The notes under the pieces are model-generated. The model was not told the origin of the DNA and ran no database searches. It was given only the letters and a program-made list of their open reading frames with translations. The position numbers were made by a program, and so were the translations under genes. This document shows positions 9,080 to 17,813 of a DNA stretch of 64,000 nt, one piece after another. The stretch is from Candidatus Eremiobacteria bacterium (GTDB lineage Bacteria > Vulcanimicrobiota > Vulcanimicrobiia > Vulcanimicrobiales > Vulcanimicrobiaceae). The stretch covers positions 137,898 to 201,897 of the forward strand of contig CAVTRC010000001.1 of the NCBI GenBank assembly GCA_963737065.1, given 5' to 3'. Position 1 is the first letter of the stretch, and every line of letters starts with the position of its first letter.

Positions 9080-9433
9080 TTACGTTCTCAGCGCGATGAA
9101 CGCTTCGGTGATGAGATCCGTGAGTTCGCGGACGCCGAGGCGTTCGAGTTGAACCAGCACCGCCGGATATCCGTTGAAATGCGGCGTTGTGAAGTACACG
9201 CGCGGATCGCGCGCAACGAGCATGTCTTTCATTTCCAAATTGCCCGTACGCACGCCGAGAATCGGGCCTGTAGGCGCGGCGTCTCCAAGCGCTTGGACGT
9301 CGGCCTTCCGCAGCGGACGCTCCCACACGAGAAGTTTCTTCTTCACCTTCCACGCAGCGTTACCGTACGATGTCTCTTCGACTACGTCAGGAAGCGTTCG
9401 AACGATGCGCCGTACGTCGTTCCATGTTGCCAT
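9080..9433 (-). CDS. MmcQ/YjbR-family protein
   Basis: MATWNDVRRIVRTLPDVVEETSYGNAAWKVKKKLL...TPHFNGYPAVLVQL resembles YjbR/MmcQ-like proteins. The upstream part of ORF 9080-9622 overlaps a tRNA and was discarded. Confidence 0.6.
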   Translation of the reverse strand: MATWNDVRRIVRTLPDVVEETSYGNAAWKVKKKLLVWERPLRKADVQALGDAAPTGPILGVRTGNLEMKDMLVARDPRVYFTTPHFNGYPAVLVQLERLGVRELTDLITEAFIALRT

Positions 9434-9494
9434 CGCGAATAGCATTCGTCGCTGCGCATGAAAAAAGCCCGGCGAAAGCCGGGTTTTCGTTGAA

Positions 9495-9571
9495 TGGCGC
9501 GGTCGGAGGGACTCGAACCCCCAACCTACAAGTTCGTAGCCTGTTGCTCTATCCAATTGAGCTACGACCGC
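9495..9571 (-). tRNA. tRNA-Arg (anticodon ACG; the canonical TadA substrate), CCA encoded
   Basis: GCGGTCGTAGCTCAATTGGATAGAGCAACAGGCTACGAACTTGTAGGTTGGGGGTTCGAGTCCCTCCGACCGCGCCA. Anticodon loop is CTACGAA. Confidence 0.9.
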
Positions 9572-9665
9572 GTACGTCTTACCTGGTAAGCGACCACCGT
9601 AGATACGGGGTCGTATTTTCATTCCCTGCTTTCACGGATGCGGCGCGCGCCGGAACCCGGCGATC

Positions 9666-9755
9666 CGGAGAGAGAGGGATTCGAACCCTCGATACGACTT
9701 TACATCGTATAACGGTTTAGCAAACCGCCGCCTTCAGCCGCTCGGCCATCTCTCC
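9666..9755 (-). tRNA. tRNA-Ser (anticodon GCT), class II, CCA not encoded
   Basis: GGAGAGATGGCCGAGCGGCTGAAGGCGGCGGTTTGCTAAACCGT...GAGGGTTCGAATCCCTCTCTCTCCG. Anticodon loop is TTGCTAA. Long variable arm. Confidence 0.9.
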
Positions 9756-9850
9756 AAAGCAATCGATCGCATCGTCATTGCGATCAGGCGCGTGCGTTCG
9801 CTTCAGCCGCCCGCCGCGCCTGCGCAACGAGTCGCCATTTCGAACCGCCG

Positions 9851-10399
9851 TTAAGACGGCGGCGCGCTCGGTCCGGTCATGGGTGGTTCGTCAACAAACA
9901 CGGCTTGTTGTGTCGCGCGCGCTGCGGGGCGGCGCGCGAGCGCCAACAGACCGTCAATCCCGAGGAAACGACCCGTCGGCAAAACGAGATTGATCGCACT
10001 GAGTACGATCGCCGCTGCGTCAAGTCCGGACCAGGCCGTCGTGTGCGTGAGCGGGCCCTTCGCGCTCAGATAGTTAAACGCGAGCACGACACCGATCAAA
10101 CCGCCGAGTCGCGTGAAGAAACCGAGAAGCAGCAAACATCCTGCCACGACTTCACCTAAGCGCACGAGTTCGGCGAAGATCGATATATTCGGCAACACGG
10201 TACTCACGAGGAATTGCCGATACGGTCCGCTCGTGTGCGCAACCGAATCGTTGAGCATCTGAACGATCGCGCCGTTGGGCGGCATGAAGTCTTGGCTTTG
10301 CGTGAACTTCGGAACGCCGTGCATCAGCCAGAACGCGCCCGCGAAAATTCGCAAGAGCGCCAGCCAAAACGCATACGTTGATGGGGACGGCAGCCTCAT
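9851..10399 (-). CDS. DoxX-family membrane protein
   Basis: LALLRIFAGAFWLMHGVPKF...LGEVVAGCLLLLGFFTRLGGLIG is a typical DoxX pattern. ATGA overlap with the upstream gene's stop. Confidence 0.75.
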   Translation of the reverse strand: MRLPSPSTYAFWLALLRIFAGAFWLMHGVPKFTQSQDFMPPNGAIVQMLNDSVAHTSGPYRQFLVSTVLPNISIFAELVRLGEVVAGCLLLLGFFTRLGGLIGVVLAFNYLSAKGPLTHTTAWSGLDAAAIVLSAINLVLPTGRFLGIDGLLALARRPAARATQQAVFVDEPPMTGPSAPPS

Positions 10400-11517
10400 G
10401 CCACACCCTCCTTTGTTCCCGATGCGAGCTGCGCAACGAGTATCGCAGCGTCTCTCGCGGCGTTTGGCCGTCCGTATCGCCGCGCGGCTTGAATCATTCG
10501 GTTGCGTCGAGCGGAATCCGTCAGCACATTCATGAGGAGTTGCGGCAATTCACGCATTCTGCGTGCGCGCACCGCCGCTCCCCATTCCGTGAGCACCTTC
10601 ACGTTGCGTTCTTCTTGTCCCGGCAACGGCTTGCAGAGAACGAGCGGTACTTCAGCGGCGAGCGCCTCGGCCGTGCTCAATCCGCCGGGCTTGCTGACGA
10701 ACGCGTCGGCGGCGTGCATGTAGTCGTACACGTTGTGTACAAAGCGCAGGACGCGCACGGGATATTGCATGCCTTCGGCAACGCTCAAAACGCGCGTCTC
10801 GACACGCGAATTCCGGCCGGCGATTACGACGGCTGCGATCGGCGCTCCGACATCCTTCATCGCGCGCAGCATGTTTGCGAGCGGAGCGAAACCGAGCCCA
10901 CCACCCATCATCAATGCCACTTGACGGTCCGGTGGAAGACCGAGACGCTCGCGCAGCGATTCGGCGCTTTCTTTCGTCCGCGCAAAATGCGGATCGACCG
11001 GAATACCGCTCGCGACGATGCGCTCCGGGCGTACGCCGCGCGCGATCATCGTGTCGCGAATGGCGTCTGTACTCACGCAGTATGCGTCGATATTGTCGTG
11101 AATCCAAAACGTGTGCACCGCAAAATCGGTTACGATTCCGACGACGGGTGGCGCATCGGCGAACATGCGCTTGTACTCGGCCATTGCGCCGGTGGGAAAG
11201 GCGTGCGTGCAGACGACGACGTCGGGGCGCTCTCGTGCGAAGAGCGCGCGCAGATTGCCCGCGGTGAACTGGTGCGCCCACGTACGGAATGGGCCGACTT
11301 CGGTCGCTCGTTCCGCGCGATTGTAGATGTAGCCGTACATCTGCGGAATCGTTTTGACCATCTGGAGATACCCTTCGGACACCACGCGCGACACGACGAG
11401 CGCCGCATATTTGTACGAGTCGACGACGGTCGTGCGGGCCGCGGGATCGATCTCGCGCAATGCGGCGCACACCGCGTTCGCGGCGGAGAGATGACCGGCG
11501 CCGACGTTCGCGGACAA
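10396..11517 (-). CDS. GT28-family glycosyltransferase (MGDG synthase / UgtP-like diacylglycerol glycosyltransferase)
   Basis: SANVGAGH near the N-terminus, MGGGLG, and KPGGLSTAEALA...PLPGQEE at the C-terminus. The start is probably upstream of the TTG at 11517 (see findings). Confidence 0.8.
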   Translation of the reverse strand: MSANVGAGHLSAANAVCAALREIDPAARTTVVDSYKYAALVVSRVVSEGYLQMVKTIPQMYGYIYNRAERATEVGPFRTWAHQFTAGNLRALFARERPDVVVCTHAFPTGAMAEYKRMFADAPPVVGIVTDFAVHTFWIHDNIDAYCVSTDAIRDTMIARGVRPERIVASGIPVDPHFARTKESAESLRERLGLPPDRQVALMMGGGLGFAPLANMLRAMKDVGAPIAAVVIAGRNSRVETRVLSVAEGMQYPVRVLRFVHNVYDYMHAADAFVSKPGGLSTAEALAAEVPLVLCKPLPGQEERNVKVLTEWGAAVRARRMRELPQLLMNVLTDSARRNRMIQAARRYGRPNAARDAAILVAQLASGTKEGVA

Positions 11518-11531
11518 AAACAGGACGCGGA

Positions 11532-11834
11532 TTACGTCTCGCCTCCGCCCTCGTCTCCCGCCTCTTCGGCGAAGACGAGGAATTCGTCGAGAATCTCTTG
11601 CGCTAGATCGTCGTCTTCGAGAAGATTGCCCTCGAGGTCGGTGACGATGAATTCGCTCTCGCCCTCTTCTTCTTTCGGTTCGTGCATCAACACCGCGTAC
11701 GATGATCCGTCATCGGGATCTTCGAGAATGCCGACGACTTCGAACGGCAGCTCGCCACCGTCCTTGGTTTCGATGTAGAGCACTTCGCTCAGTTCGAGCG
11801 GGCCGCTCTTAGCTTCACCGTTGTTGGACGACAT
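11532..11834 (-). CDS. DUF1292-family acidic protein (YrzB-like)
   Basis: Small acidic protein with the pattern ...LPFEVVGILEDPDDGSSYAVLM...EFIVTD..GNL. Sits between ruvX/mltG and the next gene, as in Firmicutes. Confidence 0.75.
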   Translation of the reverse strand: MSSNNGEAKSGPLELSEVLYIETKDGGELPFEVVGILEDPDDGSSYAVLMHEPKEEEGESEFIVTDLEGNLLEDDDLAQEILDEFLVFAEEAGDEGGGET

Positions 11835-11852
11835 GGTTAGCTCCTATACCGT

Positions 11853-12851
11853 TTAGTGCAAGCACCGCGCCACATTGGCCTGATGCTCAGCAAGCGTCTT
11901 CGCAAAGACATGGTGCCCGTTCCCGCAATACACGTAATAAAGTGCGTCGGTGGGAGCCGGGTGGAAGGCGGCTTCGAGGGACGCATGTCCGGGATTGGCA
12001 ATCGGCGTGGGCGGAAGCCCGGGATACAGATACGTGTTATACGGCGACTGTATCTTCAGGTCGCCGAAGGAAAGCTGCGTCTTATGCTGCGGAAGCGCGT
12101 ATTCGATCGTCGCATCGATCTGCAGCGCCATATTGAGTCTCAAGCGGTTGTAGATGACGCCGGCGATCAATGGGCGATCGCTATCGACTTTTGCCTCGCG
12201 TTCGACGAGCGACGCTACGGTAACCCCCTGCGGTACGGTGACGTGCAGCGCTCGTGCACGCGCCGTTGCGTCCGGCGGCAACTCCTTGAAGAACTCCGCG
12301 GTGAACTGCTTCTGAATTTGCGCACCCGTTGCATCGAGCGGAATCAGGTACGTGCTTGGAAACAGAAAGCCCTCGAGATTGCGCGTCGTCGTTCCGTCTA
12401 CGTCGAGCGGCGTATTGAGAAAATATTGCTCGAACCTGCGCGCCGAACCGACGCCGGCCGACTGCAGACGGTCGGCAATTTGGGAAGCGGTGAAGCCTTC
12501 GGGAATCGTCACCCATGTTGCGATCTGCGCGCCGCCGGTCAACAGCGCGTGCAGCACTTCCGACGCCGATTGATGCGGCGAGAACTGAAATCCGCCCGCA
12601 TGTGCCTGCGCGTCAGCATGCTGGATGCGGGCGAGGAGACGAAACATCGTTGCGTTCGAAATCACGCCGGCGTCCGCAAGTTGACGCGCGATATCGCCGA
12701 GCGTCGAACCGCGCGGCACGACGATCTGCGTCGACTGCACGGGATGCGACCGGTCGCCGTACACGCTGTACAAGAACCACGTGAGGATCGCCGCAACGAG
12801 CAGCGCGGCGGCACCGATGATACCGCCCGTTACGCGAAGCGTCTGCTTCAT
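11853..12851 (-). CDS. mltG: endolytic murein transglycosylase MltG (YceG-like)
   Basis: N-terminal TM segment. LEGFLFPSTY, ASLVEREA, VIYNRL and SPYNTYLYPGLPPTPIANPG motifs. Confidence 0.9.
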   Translation of the reverse strand: MKQTLRVTGGIIGAAALLVAAILTWFLYSVYGDRSHPVQSTQIVVPRGSTLGDIARQLADAGVISNATMFRLLARIQHADAQAHAGGFQFSPHQSASEVLHALLTGGAQIATWVTIPEGFTASQIADRLQSAGVGSARRFEQYFLNTPLDVDGTTTRNLEGFLFPSTYLIPLDATGAQIQKQFTAEFFKELPPDATARARALHVTVPQGVTVASLVEREAKVDSDRPLIAGVIYNRLRLNMALQIDATIEYALPQHKTQLSFGDLKIQSPYNTYLYPGLPPTPIANPGHASLEAAFHPAPTDALYYVYCGNGHHVFAKTLAEHQANVARCLH

Positions 12852-13261
12852 CGTCCCTCGTTGCGCCGGCGGGCAAGAAACGTTTCGAGGATCAACGCCG
12901 CCGCCATTTTATCGACGACTTCTTTGCGCTTCTTACGCGACACGTCGGCGGCGATCAGCGTCTTGGTCGCCTGCGCCGTCGTCATCCGTTCGTCCACTCG
13001 GTGAATTCGACCGGAAAATACCTCGCGCAGTTGCTCGACGAAAATGTCCATCTTCTGCGCCGCGATTCCGCGTTCGCCCCCCAGGGAAACCGGATCGCCG
13101 ACGACGAGTTCGCGCACCATATATGATTCGAAATACTCTGCGAGCTTCGCGAAATCGGCACGACGATTGGAACGCTCCACCGTGCCGACCGGCAATGCGA
13201 ACGTTTCGGTCGGATCGGCAACGGCAATGCCGATACGTTTGCTGCCGACGTCGAGCGCCAT
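12848..13261 (-). CDS. ruvX: Holliday-junction resolvase-like nuclease RuvX (YqgF)
   Basis: MALDVGSKRIGIAVADP...LVVGDPVSLGGERG...DERMTT. Start at the internal ATG of ORF 12848-13474. ATGA overlap with mltG. Confidence 0.9.
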   Translation of the reverse strand: MALDVGSKRIGIAVADPTETFALPVGTVERSNRRADFAKLAEYFESYMVRELVVGDPVSLGGERGIAAQKMDIFVEQLREVFSGRIHRVDERMTTAQATKTLIAADVSRKKRKEVVDKMAAALILETFLARRRNEGR

Positions 13262-13269
13262 GATGCTCA

Positions 13270-14091
13270 CTACTGAGAAGCGCCTGAAGACGTGGACTTC
13301 GGCCTGCGGCCGAGATGATGTACGATGAGCGCGTCGACCGCGTGGGCGACACGCGGTCGCGCGAGGAGACCTGCGCCGCCTTGCCCGCGCGGTGTGGCGA
13401 GCTGGGCGAGATTGCTCAAGTCGCCGGCATCCAGCTCGATGAGATCGCGCCACCGCTCGCGGCATCGCGAACAAATAAACCCGCCGGCCTCACCGTCGAC
13501 CCACGCGCGAGCGCTTTCAAACGGACGTCCGCAGCGCACGCACGTATCGACGGGCGGTTCAATTCCGAGAGCGGAGAGCAGGCGCAATGAGAACCGCGGG
13601 ACGAGCACGCTCGGCGAACTACTTGCCGCAATGGCATTGAGCATATTGGCAAGCAACGCGTAGACGTCGGGAAGCGCAAGCGCCGGCTCGCAGAACGCGT
13701 CGATCAATTCAGCGACGAGCTGCGCAACAGCGAAACGTTCCGGTTCGACGAGCGACTGCCACGGCGCGTTGACGATATCCGCATGCACGATGACGTCGAG
13801 CGAACGGCCGCGATGCATCTGGAGTACGCACTCGTTCGCGAACTCCAACCGTCCGCCGAGATGACTTTTGGCGCGACGCACGCCTTTTGCGACCGCATCC
13901 AACTTGCCGCTTTCGGTAGAAAACAACGTGACGATGCGATCCGCTTCTCCCAGTGGGCGCGCGCGCAAAACGATACCGCGAGTCTTATACGAACGGTCCG
14001 AAGGAATGCGGCAATAGCTCCGCTGCAGTCGTCTCGATCGTACCGCTCGATGCGGTGAAGACGACCGCCATATTGAGGTTGAATTCGGCAA
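13270..14091 (-). CDS. recO: DNA repair protein RecO (start uncertain; conserved region begins about 13990)
   Basis: YKTRGIVLRARPLGEADRIVTLFS...AKGVRR...CVRCGRP...FICSRC (RecO N-terminal OB fold plus zinc motif). Confidence 0.85.
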   Translation of the reverse strand: MPNSTSIWRSSSPHRAVRSRRLQRSYCRIPSDRSYKTRGIVLRARPLGEADRIVTLFSTESGKLDAVAKGVRRAKSHLGGRLEFANECVLQMHRGRSLDVIVHADIVNAPWQSLVEPERFAVAQLVAELIDAFCEPALALPDVYALLANMLNAIAASSSPSVLVPRFSLRLLSALGIEPPVDTCVRCGRPFESARAWVDGEAGGFICSRCRERWRDLIELDAGDLSNLAQLATPRGQGGAGLLARPRVAHAVDALIVHHLGRRPKSTSSGASQ

Positions 14092-14377
14092 GTACTTGCC
14101 GGCAGGCGCCGCACGGACTGGTCAACACTCCTTCGGGTCCCGCGATCGCAATCGCGGCGAACTGGCGAAATCCCGCGGCAATCGCCGCGAAGATGGCTGC
14201 GCGCTCGGCGCACATCGACAGTCCGTAACTCGCGTTCTCGACGTTTGAACCGACAATGAGATTGCCGTCCCCCGCATCGACGGCCGCTCCGACACGGAAA
14301 TCGGAATACGGCGCATACGCGCGTTCGCGAGCTTCGCGGGCAGCGGAGAGCAGCTCGTCAAAATCAGGGGGCGACAT
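13985..14377 (-). CDS. cdd: cytidine deaminase
   Basis: YAPYSDFRVGAA...NVENASYGLSMCAERAAI...PCGACRQVL (CAE / PCGxCRQ zinc site). Confidence 0.9.
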   Translation of the reverse strand: MSPPDFDELLSAAREARERAYAPYSDFRVGAAVDAGDGNLIVGSNVENASYGLSMCAERAAIFAAIAAGFRQFAAIAIAGPEGVLTSPCGACRQVLAEFNLNMAVVFTASSGTIETTAAELLPHSFGPFV

Positions 14378-15683
14378 CGTGTTCCGCTCCTTCGCCTTCG
14401 ACGCGTTCCTCGGCAATGGGACGGCTGGTAAAGACGCGCACGGTCAAAATACGCCGTCCGCGCGTACGCTCGACCTTGAAGCGCGTCTGTGGATCGGCTT
14501 CGATCTCTTCCCCTTCTTTCGGTAGCCGGCCGAAGAGGCCGACGATGTACCCGCCGATCGTTTCAAAATCTTGCGTCGGAATGTGCGTGCCGAGCGCGTC
14601 ATTCACATCGTCGATATTCGTGCCCGCTTCGACGACCGCTTCATCCTCCGAAACGACGTGGATCGGTTCCTGCTCGTCGACGTCGTGCTCGTCGCGTATC
14701 TCACCGACGATTTCTTCAAGCAGATCTTCCATCGTCACGAGGCCGGCCGTGCCGCCGTATTCGTCCATTACGATCGCCATCGAAAACTTCTCGCGCTGCA
14801 TGTCGCGCAGCAGCTCCGCGAGTTTCTTCGTTTCCGGAACGTGCTGCACCGGGCGCATTAAGGTGCGCAAACTGGTCTGCGCGAGCGAGCCGTTTGCAAG
14901 TGCAATCAGCAACTCGCGGTCGTGCACGACCCCGATGATGTCGTCCTTCGATTCCTGGTAGACCGGGAGCTTCGAATAGCCTTCGGCAATGACCACGTCG
15001 AGCGCGCGCCTCGGCGAGTCGTCGATCGAGACCGCGACGATTTCGGGACGAGGCGTCATGACTTCGCGCACGATCGTATCGCCGAACTCGATGACCGAAT
15101 GTATCATCTCGCGCTCTTCTTCTTCGATCACGCGCTGTTCCGCACCGACATTGACGAGCGCGCGAATGTCTTCTTCGGTGACGTACATGTGAGGCGAGTG
15201 CTTGACGCCCACGATCCGCAGCAACAGGTTTGCGATGAAAATGAAGACGTTCGTAATCGGCGTGAGGATAGCGTTTGCCAGACGCATCGGCTTTCCGAGT
15301 ATGAGTAAATACCGTTCTCCCGCCGAGCTTGCAACCGTCTTCGGAATGATCTCACCGAAGAGCAGCAGTACGATCGTCATGACGATGGTTGACCAAACCG
15401 CGGGATTCGGCACACCGAGATCGAGCATGATCGCGGTCGCGAGCGAATCTGCGGCCAGCAGCGCGATCGTGTTCCCGATCAGGATCGAGCTCAGCATGTG
15501 GCTCTTATCGTCGACGAGTTTCAGCACGTTGCTCGCGCCCCGGACCTTCCCCTCGATCAGCGAGCGGGCGCGCAAGCGCGAGACGGCGACCAGCGCCGTT
15601 TCCGACGCCGAGAAAAACGCGGAGAAAAATACGAGGAGGACGAGTGCGGCGATTTCAAGCCAGTGGGGGTGGGCCGCCGTCAT
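14364..15683 (-). CDS. HlyC/CorC-family transporter (CNNM/DUF21 + CBS pair + CorC_HlyC domains)
   Basis: FFSASETAL near the N-terminus. CBS-like central part. C-terminal GGYIVGLFGRLPKEGEEIE. Confidence 0.85.
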   Translation of the reverse strand: MTAAHPHWLEIAALVLLVFFSAFFSASETALVAVSRLRARSLIEGKVRGASNVLKLVDDKSHMLSSILIGNTIALLAADSLATAIMLDLGVPNPAVWSTIVMTIVLLLFGEIIPKTVASSAGERYLLILGKPMRLANAILTPITNVFIFIANLLLRIVGVKHSPHMYVTEEDIRALVNVGAEQRVIEEEEREMIHSVIEFGDTIVREVMTPRPEIVAVSIDDSPRRALDVVIAEGYSKLPVYQESKDDIIGVVHDRELLIALANGSLAQTSLRTLMRPVQHVPETKKLAELLRDMQREKFSMAIVMDEYGGTAGLVTMEDLLEEIVGEIRDEHDVDEQEPIHVVSEDEAVVEAGTNIDDVNDALGTHIPTQDFETIGGYIVGLFGRLPKEGEEIEADPQTRFKVERTRGRRILTVRVFTSRPIAEERVEGEGAEHDVAP

Positions 15684-15758
15684 CGATCCATGCCTCGCGT
15701 GAGGTGGCCGGGCCGCGGCCCGCAGCTTCGGTACGGGTCTTTCTTCAAATCGGCGCCA

Positions 15759-16463
15759 TTATAACACAAGGTGCGGGCGCGCCAAGAGGTAGATTGCCAA
15801 AGCGGCGACGGTACCGAGCACTGCCCCGGCGACGACCTCCGCCGTCGAGTGGATGTTCGCCTCGACGCGAGTCTGCGCCACCAGAAAGGCAATGAAGTAC
15901 GCGAGCAGCGCCGGGAGCGGTCGCTGGTAGAGAAACGCAAGCAGCGTCGCGGCCGCGAACGAGAGTGCCGCATGGCCGGAAACGGCACCGCCTTGCAGTG
16001 CGGAGCCGCGCCCGACCCAAGCCTTCGCGAAGATCGTGACGATCGCGACCGCAAAGAGCACAACGAACGCCACGTTGCTCGGTACGGTCGCGACGGCGGC
16101 GAAGACGCGTTGGCCGCCGTTGATGATGCCCTGGTAAAACACCAAGTATCCGACGAGGACGGCCGCGATCGAAGACACCAGCACAGCTCCCGCGGCTGCA
16201 TCTTTTGCGGTCTTCGCAAGCGGATGGTGGGTTACCGTCAACAGGTCGACGATCGCTTCGACCGCCGTATTGAGCAGTTCGAGCGCCAGTACGATCGCAA
16301 TGATAATGACGAGCGCGACGATGTAGTAGCGGTCCAGCCGTAAGAATAGCGACGCAAGCACGACGAGCAACGCAATGAGGAAATGGATGCGCATATTCTG
16401 CTGCGTGCGTGCCGCGTACATAATGCCTTCGAATGCATGATTGAACGAACGCCAGAACTTCAT
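15759..16463 (-). CDS. dgkA: diacylglycerol/undecaprenol kinase (DgkA) fused to a PAP2-like phosphatase segment
   Basis: The N-terminal half has LELLNTAVEAIVDL (the DgkA signature). The C-terminal half has VSGHA and TRVEANIHSTAEVVAG, resembling PAP2 motifs C2/C3. Confidence 0.75.
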   Translation of the reverse strand: MKFWRSFNHAFEGIMYAARTQQNMRIHFLIALLVVLASLFLRLDRYYIVALVIIIAIVLALELLNTAVEAIVDLLTVTHHPLAKTAKDAAAGAVLVSSIAAVLVGYLVFYQGIINGGQRVFAAVATVPSNVAFVVLFAVAIVTIFAKAWVGRGSALQGGAVSGHAALSFAAATLLAFLYQRPLPALLAYFIAFLVAQTRVEANIHSTAEVVAGAVLGTVAALAIYLLARPHLVL

Positions 16464-16912
16464 TGCCGGCTCTCATACGGCCACGGCATCCCGATCGTGC
16501 CGGCAAGCCGCCGTTCTTCGCGCTCCATTACATTGCGCTCTCTGCTTTTCATGTGATCGTGTCCGAGCACGTGCAGCAGGCCGTGAATGAGCAACCGATA
16601 GATCTCGCGCTGCACCGGCGCATCGTAATCGGCGGCCTGACGGCGAGCAGTGTCGATGCTGATCACGATATCACCGAGCAATCGTTCTTGCGAGAACGGT
16701 TCGGGTTCAAGGGGAAAGCTCAGCACGTCGGTCGCCGTGTCTTTGCCGCGGTGCTCGCGATTGATCTCGCGAATCGCCTCATCATCGACGATCGTTACCG
16801 AAATCGTGGATTCCGGTTCACCAACCGCGTTCAACAACGTGCGCATCGTGGCTTTGAGCGCACGCGCATCGACACGGCTGCCGCGCACGTCATTCCGATA
16901 GTGGACGTGCAT
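16460..16912 (-). CDS. ybeY: rRNA maturation RNase YbeY
   Basis: DVLSFP and HGLLHVLGHDH (the HxxxHxxGxxH metal site). Start at the internal Met MHVHYRN. Confidence 0.9.
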   Translation of the reverse strand: MHVHYRNDVRGSRVDARALKATMRTLLNAVGEPESTISVTIVDDEAIREINREHRGKDTATDVLSFPLEPEPFSQERLLGDIVISIDTARRQAADYDAPVQREIYRLLIHGLLHVLGHDHMKSRERNVMEREERRLAGTIGMPWPYESRQ

Positions 16913-17813
16913 ACGCGCGGATAATGTGCGCAACGAGCGGATGACGAACGACGTCGCTCTCGGTGAGCTCGACGACCCCGATGTCGTCGAGCCGCTCCAG
17001 CCGTCCCGCCGCATCGCGCAAGCCGCTGCGCGCGCCCGACGGCAGATCGATTTGCGTCACGTCACCGTTGACGACCATCTTCGAACCGGTCCCCAACCGC
17101 GTGAGAAACATCTTTAGTTGATCGGACGTGGCGTTTTGCGCTTCATCGAGGATGATGAACGCGTCGTTGAGCGTGCGTCCGCGCATGTACGCGAGCGGGG
17201 CGACTTCAATCGTCGCGCGCTCGAGATACTTTGCGACCACGGTGCCGTCGAGCAAGTCTTCAAGCGCATCGTAGAGCGGACGTAGATACGGGTCGACTTT
17301 CTCTCGCAGATCGCCAGGGAGAAAGCCGAGTTTTTCTCCGGCTTCAACGGCGGGACGCGAGAGGATCACCCGCGAGACGTCGCGATTTTTCAGCGCTCGC
17401 ACGGCCATGACGACGGCCAGAAACGTTTTACCGGTTCCGGCGGGACCGATGCCGATCGTTAATGTATTGTGATCGATGGAACGCACGAACGCGCGTTGAC
17501 CCGCGGTTTTCGGCCGGATCTCTTTGCCGCGATGATTGCGCAGCAACGTTCCCGGCAACTTGCGCCCGCCGGGCGCTTCACGCACGTCCGACACGGCAAG
17601 CGCAACGTCATCCGGTGTGATTTGCGCGCCTTCTACCGCTGCATCGAGCATGCGGCGCACGGCGTGTTCCGCGCGATCGACGTTCTCTTGTTCGCCTGCA
17701 AGCAGCAACCGGTTTCCGTCGGCGCGCACCCTGACGTCGAGGCGGTCCTCGAGCGCCGAGAGATTTTGATCGAGTTGTCCGAAGAGCCGGACGTGGTCGG
17801 TTAATTCACTCAG
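16890..17813 (-). CDS. phoH: PhoH-family ATPase (the first canonical start, GTG 17729, truncates the conserved N-terminus; CTG at 17813 proposed)
   Basis: GIGPAGTGKTFLAV (Walker A), ILDEAQN, GDVTQIDLP. The N-terminal LFGQLDQNLSALEDRL region lies upstream of 17729. Confidence 0.85.
   Translation of the reverse strand: MSELTDHVRLFGQLDQNLSALEDRLDVRVRADGNRLLLAGEQENVDRAEHAVRRMLDAAVEGAQITPDDVALAVSDVREAPGGRKLPGTLLRNHRGKEIRPKTAGQRAFVRSIDHNTLTIGIGPAGTGKTFLAVVMAVRALKNRDVSRVILSRPAVEAGEKLGFLPGDLREKVDPYLRPLYDALEDLLDGTVVAKYLERATIEVAPLAYMRGRTLNDAFIILDEAQNATSDQLKMFLTRLGTGSKMVVNGDVTQIDLPSGARSGLRDAAGRLERLDDIGVVELTESDVVRHPLVAHIIRAYARPLSE

Noticed and set aside
5869-9494. tRNA-flanked stretch of non-housekeeping genes (protease, lipoprotein, YjbR-like) considered as a possible integrated element
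   Set aside because: There is no integrase, recombinase or phage/plasmid gene. I could find no direct repeat of a tRNA 3' end by eye. Composition is not visibly different from the flanks.
9578-9590. Palindrome CTTACC-T-GGTAAG just upstream of tRNA-Arg(ACG)
   Set aside because: It is a single short palindrome with a 1-nt centre. It is not repeated elsewhere in the window and there is no basis to call it an operator.
10378-11778. 466-aa plus-strand ORF, one of the longest in the track
   Set aside because: It is antisense to the well-supported GT28 and DUF1292 genes. It is Arg/His-rich with poor third-position GC bias. This is a typical shadow ORF of a high-GC genome.
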